From NCBI GenBank assembly GCA_043799545.1, contig JAZDNO010000018.1, positions 1 through 33,692 of the forward strand: a DNA stretch of 33,692 nt, written 5' to 3'. The notes under the pieces are model-generated. The model was not told the origin of the DNA, searched no databases, and was given only the letters and a program-made list of their open reading frames with translations. The DNA is from Methanobacteriota archaeon. GTDB lineage: Archaea; Thermoplasmatota; Thermoplasmata; SG8-5; DAIRED01. A program made the position numbers and the translations under genes. Numbering within the stretch: the first letter of the stretch is position 1; every line of letters starts with the position of its first letter. Shown here one piece after another: positions 8,274 to 16,777 of this stretch.

Positions 8274-9457
8274 TCCGTCACCTCCTTCACGAGGTCGTCG
8301 ATGTTGCGGTACACAACGCTCTGCTTGCAGAAGCCAGGTAGGTAGTTACCAGCCTTTCCCGAGTTGACGCCGGTTGTCTTGTAGCCCATGTCCTCTATCG
8401 GCGAGACGACCATGCATGTGTCCGCGACGACCTTGCCTCCGGCCTTCTCGATTTCCGCCACAATCCCCATCTGAACGGCCGTGTCCTTCGTGGCCCGCGC
8501 GGTGCAAATCCAGAGCGCCTTCTTGACCTTCCTCCCCCTGAGCTTCGCGGCCAGCGCAATCATCTCCCTAAGCGACGCGTGCGGGCAGCCGAGGATGGCT
8601 ATGTCCGCCTTCGCTCCGGTGTTCAGCTTGGCATAAGCCTCGTCCATCTCCTTCTTGCCGAAGTGGATTGCCTCTAGGCCGTCAGTCTTGTGGAGGTGCG
8701 CCTCAGGCGTCTGATTCTCGACGTGATATACACCAACGGCTCCAGATGCGGCCATCGCAGCGCCCAGCGCCTTGAGCATGTCCGTGTCCGACTCTGGCAG
8801 GCCGACGAAGTACGGCACCTTGTTCTTCACGATTTTACCAACGTGGTAGCCGAGCGCTCCGTAGTCGGACATGCCGTCCATCGCCGCCTCGACCTTGACT
8901 ATGTAGTTCGGCTTGCGGTTCTCGTCCAGGTGCAGGCCGTAGTTCGGCGTGACTCCGCATAGCGCCGCCGCCAGCGCGCTCGGTCCGCCCTCCCGGTTCG
9001 ACCTGGCGCCTATGACCGAGTTCGCGAACGAGACGGCCGACGATTCGGACCAGGCGATGTGCTCTCTGAACCTCGGAAGGTTCCCTGCCAAATATGGGGT
9101 GCAGGTGGCGCTCGTCACTATGCCCATCTGCGCGAAGGCCGCCATGATGCGCTTTTGCTTCACTGCGAAATCCTTCGGAAATCCGAGAGCCTGCCAGTCC
9201 TCCATGTCCATCCCGGCGGGGTTGAGATATGTCAGGGCCTTGACGCGGGCGCCCTTCTTCGCGTAGTCCTCGAGGAAATCGAGCCCCGGGTCTCCGATTG
9301 ACTTGTACGAAACACCTGCGACCTGGACGGAATTCACGGGGAGCATCCTGTCAGCGCCGTAGATGTCTCCGAGCCTCGCCAGCAGCATCATCGAGCGTTG
9401 CAGGACCTCCCCGCGCTCGCCTGCGAGCGTCGCCTCCTGCTTCTTTGTCAGATGCAT
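8270..9457 (-). CDS. Phosphomevalonate dehydratase large subunit (AcnX, DUF521), 395 aa (start MHLTKKQE at 9457)
   Basis: Three Fe-S cysteines (TCTPY, GCPH, DTCMV), WSESSAV..ANSV.GARSNREGGP motif; paired with the DUF126 gene. Confidence 0.92.
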   Translation of the reverse strand: MHLTKKQEATLAGERGEVLQRSMMLLARLGDIYGADRMLPVNSVQVAGVSYKSIGDPGLDFLEDYAKKGARVKALTYLNPAGMDMEDWQALGFPKDFAVKQKRIMAAFAQMGIVTSATCTPYLAGNLPRFREHIAWSESSAVSFANSVIGARSNREGGPSALAAALCGVTPNYGLHLDENRKPNYIVKVEAAMDGMSDYGALGYHVGKIVKNKVPYFVGLPESDTDMLKALGAAMAASGAVGVYHVENQTPEAHLHKTDGLEAIHFGKKEMDEAYAKLNTGAKADIAILGCPHASLREMIALAAKLRGRKVKKALWICTARATKDTAVQMGIVAEIEKAGGKVVADTCMVVSPIEDMGYKTTGVNSGKAGNYLPGFCKQSVVYRNIDDLVKEVTE

Positions 9458-9765
9458 TTCGCCAACTCCCTGCAATTCGCGACCAGGATGTCGATTTCCT
9501 CCTTGGTCGCATCGTCCACGTGGACGCCTCCCAATGCCGCTACGGTCATATTGTATTTTCGGGAGACTGCCTCCGCAATCGGGCGCAGCACCTGCTCGTC
9601 GTAATGCCCCTCCAGAGAGAGAGCGACCGCCTCCTTGCCAGGCTCCTTCACCACGACGCCTCCGACGTGCGAGCGCTCACCGCCTCCCAGGATGCAGACC
9701 ATTCCGTCATCCAGCCGCTCGACCTTGAGCCATACCCTGTACCTTCCCTCACCGGACGTAATCAT
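9448..9765 (-). CDS. LpdD-like small protein (putative prenylated-FMN chaperone, PAC-like fold), 105 aa
   Basis: His-containing motifs GGGERSHVGGV, GHYDE, GGVHVDDATKEEI resemble the LpdD family as recalled; overlaps both the UbiD stop and the PMDh-L start. Confidence 0.65.
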   Translation of the reverse strand: MITSGEGRYRVWLKVERLDDGMVCILGGGERSHVGGVVVKEPGKEAVALSLEGHYDEQVLRPIAEAVSRKYNMTVAALGGVHVDDATKEEIDILVANCRELAKCI

Positions 9766-11056
9766 CCAGCTTCACATCCCCGTATCGCACCTTCTCGTAC
9801 TTCTTCGGACCTATGTCGGCGGGTATCGTGGCGTCGAGGCCGACCTTCGTGGTCAGCGCCTTCTTTCCAGAGTGGTCCCCCGACGGGTCCAGCGACGAGC
9901 CGGGCTGGCGGGCCATCACGACCGCGTCCTTGTCGGCCTGGAAGCGCGTTGCCAGCGCCCACTCGATTGCAATCGGGTTGAAGATGTCAACGTCTTCGTC
10001 CACGACGACGACGTGCTTCATGCTGTTGTGTCCTTTGAAGGCCGCGTCTATGGCCTTGCGCCCGTCGTCCGGGTTCCTCTTCTTTATCTGGACTATCCCG
10101 TGAAGCCAGGAGCCTCCGCCCATAGTCACCTGGACGTTCCTGCACTCGCAGACCTTGCTGACCTCGTCGAATATCGTCGGCTCCTTCGGCATCCCCATGA
10201 GCAGCTTGTGCTCCAGGCGGCCGGGGAGGAGGCACTGGTACATGGCGTCCTTGCGGTGCGTGATGCAATCGACTACGAAGACGGGCTCCTTTCTCTCGAA
10301 GTCGCGCGTCTCCGTCAAATCCACGAACGGTCCCTCGGCGTCGACCTCCTTGACTAATCTCCCTTCCAAGACAAACTCTGAATCCGCCGGCACCTCCAGG
10401 TCCTTCGTCGCGCACTTCACGACGTCTGTCCTGGCCAGCGCGTTCGCGATGGAAAGCTCGTCCGCTCCCGGCGCAGGCCCGAGCGAGGCCGCAACCATCA
10501 TCGGCATCGAGTTCCCTATGCATACCGCCATCTCGAGGTCGCCCTTCAGCTTGTCGTATGTAGTGCGGGTCTGGCGCTTGGGGATGAGCCTCGCCGTGAA
10601 GCGGTTCCCTCCGCGGAACATGAGCCTGTGGTACGAGACGTTTCGGCCGGTCTCAGGGTCCTTGATGACTGCGCACGTTGCCGTCGCGTAGCGCCCGCCG
10701 TCCCCCGGCAGGTGCGTCAGCATCGGCAGCTTCGCCAGGTCCGGGCTCCTCTCCACGACCTCCTGGCACGGAGCCCTGTCGACCAGCGCTGGCGGGACCG
10801 GCTTGCGGAGCGATTCCACGAGCTTAGACAGCAGCCCCTCCTTCGTCGTGCCCAGCCCTTTCGCGATGAGCTCTCTCGTGGACGTGATGCCCCCGAAGAC
10901 CGGAAACTGGCTTCCGCGGACATTCTCGAACATCGTGGGCTTTTCCCCGAGCGCGTTCAGGACGTTGGCAATCTCGAACTCGGTGCTCACCTCCCTCTTG
11001 ACTCGCACAAGCTCTCCGTCCGCTTCCAGCATCTTCAGAAAATCCCGCAGTTTCAT
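9749..11056 (-). CDS. UbiD-family prFMN decarboxylase, probably trans-anhydromevalonate 5-phosphate decarboxylase, 435 aa (start MKLRDFL at 11056)
   Basis: UbiD motifs (EGPF, SYHRL, PGRLEH, WALATRFQ, SSLDPS, KVGLDAT); flanked by mvk and PMDh genes. Confidence 0.9.
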   Translation of the reverse strand: MKLRDFLKMLEADGELVRVKREVSTEFEIANVLNALGEKPTMFENVRGSQFPVFGGITSTRELIAKGLGTTKEGLLSKLVESLRKPVPPALVDRAPCQEVVERSPDLAKLPMLTHLPGDGGRYATATCAVIKDPETGRNVSYHRLMFRGGNRFTARLIPKRQTRTTYDKLKGDLEMAVCIGNSMPMMVAASLGPAPGADELSIANALARTDVVKCATKDLEVPADSEFVLEGRLVKEVDAEGPFVDLTETRDFERKEPVFVVDCITHRKDAMYQCLLPGRLEHKLLMGMPKEPTIFDEVSKVCECRNVQVTMGGGSWLHGIVQIKKRNPDDGRKAIDAAFKGHNSMKHVVVVDEDVDIFNPIAIEWALATRFQADKDAVVMARQPGSSLDPSGDHSGKKALTTKVGLDATIPADIGPKKYEKVRYGDVKLDDYVR

Positions 11057-11060
11057 TTCA

Positions 11061-12041
11061 TCACACACCTATCGTGGTCTTCAAAGCCTTGTACCCAGCC
11101 TTCTCCATGGCGGCGGCGACCCCGTCCTGGACTCCCTTGCCCGGCGTCAGCGCGACCATGTAGCCTCCGAGCCCGCCTCCCGTCATCTTGGCACCGGCCG
11201 CGCCGTTCGCCCTGGCGATTCCCACGAGCTCGTCCAGCTTCGGGTGCGAAACCTCTATCTGCTGCAGGAGCGCGTGGTTCTCGTCCATAAGGCGGCCCAG
11301 TTCTGCCACGTCGTAGGCTTCGAGCGCCGCCCTTGCCTTCAGCGCGATGGCCCTGGCCCGGTTGAAGATGGCCTCGTACTTCTCCGGCTGCTCCCCTTTT
11401 CGTTTTCTCACGCCCGCGACTGCCGCCTCCGTGTTCGTCGTCAGGAGCGTGTTGCCCATGACGATGCGGAGAGGCTCTTTGATTCTGAGACGCTCCATCG
11501 TGCTTGCCGCTCCGGGGTTCTTCACGAACCACAGGAGGCCGCCGAAGGTGGAGGCCGTGTTGTCTATGCCCGACGGCGTGCCAGCGTAGGCGCTGTCGCC
11601 CAGGAACGCTATGTCGTTGATGCGCTTGTCGTCGAAGCCGAGGCCGAATTCGCCGCTGAGCGCCCGCGCCACGGAAACGCAGACTGCCGCGCTCGCGCCC
11701 ACGCCGCCTACGGCGATGAGGTCTCCTCCGAGGTGTATCTTCACCGGGTTCTTCCTCGGGTCGAATCCAGCGCCCTGGAAAACAAGCTCGATAGACCTCT
11801 TCTGCTGCGGGTGCTTCTCCGTCTTGTACCCTGGGTTCGCCTGGCGGTCGTCCTCCATCACCCAGCCGTCGCCGGACATGGAGCCTTCGGCGCCCGACGG
11901 CTCCGGCATCTTGCCTGCGGGAACCCTGTGAACGGTCGCCACGGTCTTGGAGTCTATGGCCGAGGCGATGGACGGCACCCCGTGGACTACGAAATGCTCG
12001 CCGAAGAGAATCACCTTGCCGTACCCGATTCCTTTGCCCAT
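11061..12041 (-). CDS. mvk: Mevalonate kinase (GHMP kinase), 326 aa
   Basis: GKVILFGEHFVVHG (motif I), GGVGASAA (motif II variant), GTPSGIDN, AKMTGGGLGG (motif III). Confidence 0.95.
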   Translation of the reverse strand: MGKGIGYGKVILFGEHFVVHGVPSIASAIDSKTVATVHRVPAGKMPEPSGAEGSMSGDGWVMEDDRQANPGYKTEKHPQQKRSIELVFQGAGFDPRKNPVKIHLGGDLIAVGGVGASAAVCVSVARALSGEFGLGFDDKRINDIAFLGDSAYAGTPSGIDNTASTFGGLLWFVKNPGAASTMERLRIKEPLRIVMGNTLLTTNTEAAVAGVRKRKGEQPEKYEAIFNRARAIALKARAALEAYDVAELGRLMDENHALLQQIEVSHPKLDELVGIARANGAAGAKMTGGGLGGYMVALTPGKGVQDGVAAAMEKAGYKALKTTIGV

Positions 12042-12051
12042 TGCAGACCCG

Positions 12052-12092
12052 CTCCTGTTCGAGGAGATAATCTGACGGCCCCAATAAATTTT
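12052..12092 (-). promoter_or_regulatory. Promoter region of the mvk operon, with AAAATTTATT box and CTCCT-N5-AGGAG inverted repeat
   Basis: Minus strand reads AAAATTTATT (12092-12083) about 45 nt upstream of the mvk ATG; perfect 5-bp inverted repeat at 12052-12066 whose downstream arm is the AGGAG SD. Confidence 0.45.
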
Positions 12093-12111
12093 GCTATGGA
12101 ACGGAATCAGT

Positions 12112-13842
12112 TCAACGCTGCCCCGACAGGCTCTCCGCCAGGCGGCGCCGCTCGTCCACGGTCAGCACGACACCGCAACCAGGGCATCTGGTAACCTCGG
12201 ACTCTATCGCCTCACCGCACGTCGAGCATGTGAACAGCGAGTCGAACTCGGCCTTGTCCTCCCCGTACCACTCGCCCTCGTACTCCTTGTCCAGGCGGGC
12301 GGACTTCAGGTAGCAGTCCCTCGCCTCGTCGCCCTTACCCTGGTCGTAGAGCAGGTGGCCGAGGTCGTACCACGCCTCCGCGTTTTCCTCGGATATCTCT
12401 ATAGCCCGCCGCAGGTTGTCCAGCGCCGCACCAATGTTGCCCTCGGCCGACGAATTCTTGGCCTTCGCGACCCATTTCCTGCTTCGCTCGAACAGCATGC
12501 GCTTGGCGTACTCGATGGAGTGCATGTAATCGTAGAGCCTGGCCGCCGCGTCCGCGCCGACTATCCCTTTCAAAGCCGCGGTGTCGACCTTCTCCAGCTT
12601 CTCCACCGTGTGGTATCCAGCGTCGAACAGCGCCCGCGCGAGCCGCTCGTCCACTCCAGGCAGCGACCGCAATTCCTCGATTGCAGCACCCTCGTCGATT
12701 GCCTCCGTCGCGATGGTTATCCCCCGCTTCGTTTGCACCAGCTGGAAAACCCCTTTGTTGAAGCGCGCCCCCCTCAACGATGCGACCTCCAGCGTGCTTC
12801 CCACTGTTTCGGTCGATGCGCCCTTCCGGATCGTCAGAACGGCGTCGGCCAGGTTGTGCAGCGAGGATATGGTCTTCGTGTCCAGCCCTTTGGGGTCGAA
12901 CGCCCAGACGACGATTGCGCCGCCCGTCTTCATCTTCCCCGAGACGCTCTGGATGAAATCATGGGTCTTGGCCGCGCCGTGCGAGTTTATGGCCGGAGAA
13001 ACGACGTCGGAGATTATCCTCGTGCGCGGGGCGAATTCTATCTGGCCGAGGGCGCGCTCCATAGCCAGCGCGAGGTTCGTCAGGTCTCCGGAGGCGAGGA
13101 AAGCTCCGCTCTTGTCGGTTTCGACCCCGTTCACAGCCCTCTCGCGGTACGAGAACCAGTCGACGAAACGCAGCATGCCCTTGGATTCGTGGCTCCCGGC
13201 CTTCATCCCGGATTCGGCCAGCGCCTTCCTCAGGTCCGAAGGGGTCCTCGTGCCGAGCACGGCGACCACTGCACCGCCGCATTCCAGCTCGTTCCGAATC
13301 ATGGACCGAAGAATCATCTCGCGCTCCGCTCCAGAAGGTGATTCCAGCAGCAGCATCGAGTTCCTGGGCACGCCGTCAGGCAGGGCCAGCTCCTCGCCGT
13401 TCACCCCCAGCGGAGCGGTGTCGCCCAGGTATCCCCTTAATAGAGATGCCTTCACTGGGTCGCAATATTTCGAGTTGGAGAACTGCTTCAGGACCGCGCG
13501 AGAAATCCTGCCCGCGTCCTCGTATGCCGTCTTCTGGCCCTTGGAAAACGCAGTCACGTCGACTATGGCGTCGAACGCAGCCGACATGTCCTTAATCATT
13601 TCATCAGGCAGCATCGTCGAGGAGTCTATGGTCACGGACCCCTCCTTTCCCAGCGTCAGCGCGGACACGCCCGGCCTGGTCTTGGACAGCAGGCGCAGCT
13701 TGTTGGAGAACATCGCGACCGGCTGCGCCTTCAGGGCTTCACCCAGATAAGCGGAGAAGAGCCTCTCGAACAGCAATGCCAGTTCCGTTTCCCTCCGCTC
13801 GCCCGTTTCGCTACCCCCTTCAATCCCAGAAAACACCACCAC
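12112..13842 (-). CDS. Multidomain protein: N-terminal helical region, degenerate RAD55/KaiC-like ATPase, helix-hairpin-helix, TPR, C-terminal double zinc ribbon, 576 aa
   Basis: KaiC/RAD55-like core (GVPRNSMLLLESPSGAERE, RFVDWFS, IISDVVS, LADAVLTIR) lacking the Walker A GKT; HhH (LPGVDERLARALFDAGY); TPR (AWYDLGHLLYDQGKGDEARDCYLKS); CxxC..CxxC (CSTC, CPGC). Exact start uncertain (GTG). Confidence 0.75.
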   Translation of the reverse strand: MVVFSGIEGGSETGERRETELALLFERLFSAYLGEALKAQPVAMFSNKLRLLSKTRPGVSALTLGKEGSVTIDSSTMLPDEMIKDMSAAFDAIVDVTAFSKGQKTAYEDAGRISRAVLKQFSNSKYCDPVKASLLRGYLGDTAPLGVNGEELALPDGVPRNSMLLLESPSGAEREMILRSMIRNELECGGAVVAVLGTRTPSDLRKALAESGMKAGSHESKGMLRFVDWFSYRERAVNGVETDKSGAFLASGDLTNLALAMERALGQIEFAPRTRIISDVVSPAINSHGAAKTHDFIQSVSGKMKTGGAIVVWAFDPKGLDTKTISSLHNLADAVLTIRKGASTETVGSTLEVASLRGARFNKGVFQLVQTKRGITIATEAIDEGAAIEELRSLPGVDERLARALFDAGYHTVEKLEKVDTAALKGIVGADAAARLYDYMHSIEYAKRMLFERSRKWVAKAKNSSAEGNIGAALDNLRRAIEISEENAEAWYDLGHLLYDQGKGDEARDCYLKSARLDKEYEGEWYGEDKAEFDSLFTCSTCGEAIESEVTRCPGCGVVLTVDERRRLAESLSGQR

Positions 13843-13888
13843 GCTATATTAAACTAATGCATCGAAGGCAGTCCGAAAGGATTTTAGA

Positions 13889-14566
13889 ATGGGTGCATGT
13901 TGTCGAGGCATGCGCGTCCCGACGACATGCGTTCCGTTCGACGTTTTGCTCAAGGGCGGCCTTGAGCGAGGAGCGATAACGCTCATCTACGGCGAGGCGG
14001 GGACGGGGAAGACCAACATATGCCTCCAGATTGCGCTGGCCGTCGCCCGGTCGGGGAGGAAAGCGGTCGTCATAGACACCGAGGGGATTTCGATGGACCG
14101 CATGGGCCAGATTGCGGGGGCGGACCACGACGAGCTGGTCAAGCGCCTGCTGCTGTTCGAGCCGTATGACTTCGCGGAGCAGGAGGAGATGGTGGACAAC
14201 GCGGCCAGGCTGGCCCTGAACAATCCTGACGTGGCGCTCATCGTGCTTGACTCAATCACGATGCACTACCGAATAGAAATACAGAAGGACGCTGACCGCC
14301 CCTCGCTGGTAAAGCAGATTACCAGCCTGCTGAAGGTCGCGCGGAAGTCCCACATCCCAGTCCTGCTGACGAGCCAGGTGTACACGGACATCAGCAACGA
14401 CGAGTTCAAGCCGCTCGGCGGGCACGCGCTGCTGCATAACGCCAAGACTGTAATTCGCCTGGAAAAGGTGAGCACTGGCCTACGGAGGGCGGTGGTGATG
14501 AAGCACCGGTCGCTGCCGGAGGGGACGTGCGCGGAGTTTAGATTAACGGACAAAGGTGCTGAATAA
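13889..14566 (+). CDS. radB: DNA repair and recombination protein RadB, ~225 aa (start may be the ATG at 13910)
   Basis: Walker A GEAGTGKT, Walker B LIVLDS, C-terminal KHRS basic patch characteristic of RadB; lacks the RadA N-terminal domain. Confidence 0.93.
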   Translation: MGACCRGMRVPTTCVPFDVLLKGGLERGAITLIYGEAGTGKTNICLQIALAVARSGRKAVVIDTEGISMDRMGQIAGADHDELVKRLLLFEPYDFAEQEEMVDNAARLALNNPDVALIVLDSITMHYRIEIQKDADRPSLVKQITSLLKVARKSHIPVLLTSQVYTDISNDEFKPLGGHALLHNAKTVIRLEKVSTGLRRAVVMKHRSLPEGTCAEFRLTDKGAE

Positions 14567-14578
14567 AGAATGATTTCA

Positions 14579-14634
14579 GCGCTTGCAGATTTCTGGTATG
14601 GCGATTGCTCTTCCAATCCCAGAAACTGCTGCGC
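14579..14634. terminator. Long imperfect hairpin between convergent radB and GGPP synthase genes (possible bidirectional terminator or processing site)
   Basis: GCGC-TT-GCAG-A-TTTCTGG (14579-14596) pairs with CCAGAAA-CTGC-T-GCGC (14619-14634); inner GATTG/CAATC stem with a 6-nt loop; 20 bp in total. Confidence 0.4.
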
Positions 14635-14669
14635 GGAATTCCACCTGACCGATATAGGAGCAGAATAGA

Positions 14670-15746
14670 TTACAGTTCCCGATTTACGATGAATTCAATC
14701 GCGTCCACCAGAATCGCCTTGTGCTCCTTCGACTTGTACGGAACCTTGGCCAGCGCCTTCCTCGCTTCTTGCGCGTATCCAAGGGCCCGCTCCCTCGCCC
14801 AGTCCATGCACCCGTAATCCTCGTAGAGCGCGATGACCTCCCGCACGTCGTCCCATGTGCGCTCGGCGCGGTTCTTCCTGAACAGCGCACGGAGCTCCCT
14901 GGCCTTTCTGTCCTTCCCCGCTTTTTCCAGTCTGTCGAGAAGGCGGATGAGCAGAAGGGTGCGCTTCCCCTCCAGTATGTCCCCGCCGAGCTCCTTCCCC
15001 GTCTTCGAGCTGAACACGTTCAGCCAGTCGTCGTGTATCTGGAAGGCGCGGCCCAGCGGCTTGCCGAATGTGGCGAGCGGAGCCATCGCCTTGACGTTGC
15101 CAGCGACGAGCGCCCCGAGCCTAAGCGGGCCGATGATCGTGTACCCTCCGGTCTTGCGGTCTATCATCTCGTAGTACTGGTTCTCCGTGACGAAACGGCC
15201 GCTTTGCATCCAACCTATGTCCAGGTACTGGCCCTCGCACGTCGTCTTGAGGATGGAGACCATCTCCCCAGATATAGCCGTGGATTTCCTCTCCCCGAGC
15301 TCCTTGCAGTTCGCCAGCAGCGCTTCCCACATGATTATGTGAAGGTGGTCCCCCGCGTTCACGGTGAGCTCGTCGCCGTAGAGCACCGGTGCAGCCGGCT
15401 TTCCCCGGCGCTCGAGCGAGTGGTCCTGGAAGTCATCGTGCATCAGTATCCAGTCCTCGGAAATCTCCATCGCGGCCGCGGTCGTTAGAGCGATGGACGC
15501 CTTCCCGCCGCTCACCTCGCACGAGAGCATCACGAGGCCCGGGCGCACGTACTTGCCCCCGCGCTCCGGGTAATCGCGCACCATGCCGATGTAATCGCCG
15601 ACCAGTCCGCCATTCTTGGATTTGGCTGGCAGGAAATCGAAGACCCGCTTCATTATCGCCTGGCGGTGGGCGCCGATGTAGCCCATGAAAACGCTCTCTG
15701 ACGATGAGCCGTCGACGGTCCGATATTTCACAGCTGGCCCAGCCAT
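14670..15746 (-). CDS. idsA: Short-chain polyprenyl diphosphate synthase (geranylgeranyl diphosphate synthase type), 358 aa (start MAGPAVK at 15746)
   Basis: GGKYVRP, FARM WILMHDDFQD with RRG, GQYLD, KTG, SARM-like FQIHDDWLN. Bulky Trp five residues before the FARM implies short chain length. Start overlaps the fni stop; GGAGG SD. Confidence 0.9.
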   Translation of the reverse strand: MAGPAVKYRTVDGSSSESVFMGYIGAHRQAIMKRVFDFLPAKSKNGGLVGDYIGMVRDYPERGGKYVRPGLVMLSCEVSGGKASIALTTAAAMEISEDWILMHDDFQDHSLERRGKPAAPVLYGDELTVNAGDHLHIIMWEALLANCKELGERKSTAISGEMVSILKTTCEGQYLDIGWMQSGRFVTENQYYEMIDRKTGGYTIIGPLRLGALVAGNVKAMAPLATFGKPLGRAFQIHDDWLNVFSSKTGKELGGDILEGKRTLLLIRLLDRLEKAGKDRKARELRALFRKNRAERTWDDVREVIALYEDYGCMDWARERALGYAQEARKALAKVPYKSKEHKAILVDAIEFIVNREL

Positions 15747-16777
15747 TCCTTCGCCCTCCCGGTCATTATGCATCCCTTCGAAGCCAGAGATTCCGCGTTG
15801 GGCGAAGATGTGAGGAACATCGCCCCTTTCAGCTCCGCGATTATCGACTCCAGTTCGGCTTTTACAGCTGCCGGACTTTCCATGGCCGGCCTCAGAAGTG
15901 GCCTGGCTATGCCAGCGCAAGTGGCTCCGAGAGCTATCGCCCTCGCCACGTCCAGGCCGTTGCGGACACCCCCGGTCGCGACCATCGGAAGGCCGACGTC
16001 CGCCTGGACTAGCGTCACTGGCGTGGGTATCCCCCAGTTCCAGAACGTCTTCCCCAGGCGCGCATGGAGGGCGTCGTTTATCCTGGCCGAGCGGTAGTGC
16101 TCCACGGCAGCGAAGCTCGTCCCGCCGAGCCCCCCGACGTCCAATGCCGACACCCGCGCCCTCTTGAGCTCGAGCGCCACCTCGCCGGACAAACCCGCGC
16201 CCGTCTCCTTCGCGACGACCGGCATCGCGCCCGCAATCCTGCGAATCCCCTCAAGGCATCCCTTCGCGGAGAGGTCCCCCTCCGGTTGGGTGAGCTCCTG
16301 GAGGAAGTTCAGGTGTATCGCAATCGCGTGCGCGCCAACCATCTCGGCGCAGGCCTTTGCGTCTTCGAGCGTGATGGGCTTTTTGCCCTTCTGGTGGACC
16401 AGCTGGGGGGCTCCGATGTTGCCAATCATCAGCGGCACGTCGTACCGCTTCACGACCTCGTAGCTCCTAGCCTTCTCCCTGTCTTCGAGCGCCGGGCGCT
16501 GGCTGCCCACCACCATGCCAATTCCCAGCTCGGCCGCCGCGATTGCCAGGTTCTCGTTGATCTTCTCCGACTCCGGCGACCCGCCCGTCATGGCCGCGAT
16601 TACCAGCGGGGCTTTCAAGCGCTTTCCTAGGAAGGCCACGCCAGTATCTATATCGTCAAAGTTAATCTCTGGGACAGCGTTGTGCAGCAGCGTCACGTCG
16701 TCCCAGCTGTTGCAGCTTGCCCCCACGCTCTCGATGGCGCAAATCTCGATGTGCGCGGACTTTCTCTCGCCAATCAT
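15728..16777 (-). CDS. fni: Type 2 (FMN-dependent) isopentenyl-diphosphate delta-isomerase, 349 aa (start MIGERKSAH at 16777)
   Basis: RKSAHIEIC, IAAMTGG, VGSQR, HLNFLQE, KETGAG, GGTSFA motifs; ATGA overlap with the ipk stop. Confidence 0.95.
   Translation of the reverse strand: MIGERKSAHIEICAIESVGASCNSWDDVTLLHNAVPEINFDDIDTGVAFLGKRLKAPLVIAAMTGGSPESEKINENLAIAAAELGIGMVVGSQRPALEDREKARSYEVVKRYDVPLMIGNIGAPQLVHQKGKKPITLEDAKACAEMVGAHAIAIHLNFLQELTQPEGDLSAKGCLEGIRRIAGAMPVVAKETGAGLSGEVALELKRARVSALDVGGLGGTSFAAVEHYRSARINDALHARLGKTFWNWGIPTPVTLVQADVGLPMVATGGVRNGLDVARAIALGATCAGIARPLLRPAMESPAAVKAELESIIAELKGAMFLTSSPNAESLASKGCIMTGRAKEWLGQL

Noticed and set aside
9749-11056. Ubiquinone-pathway or aromatic-acid decarboxylase assignment for the UbiD gene
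   Set aside because: Operon context with mvk and both PMDh subunits points to anhydromevalonate phosphate decarboxylase.
10803-13341. Long plus-strand ORFs (463 aa and 416 aa), and similar antisense ORFs over hutI, topA, GT4, tyrS, por and the surface protein
   Set aside because: Shadow frames antisense to well-supported genes in GC-rich DNA; Arg/Pro/Ser-rich with no recognisable motifs.
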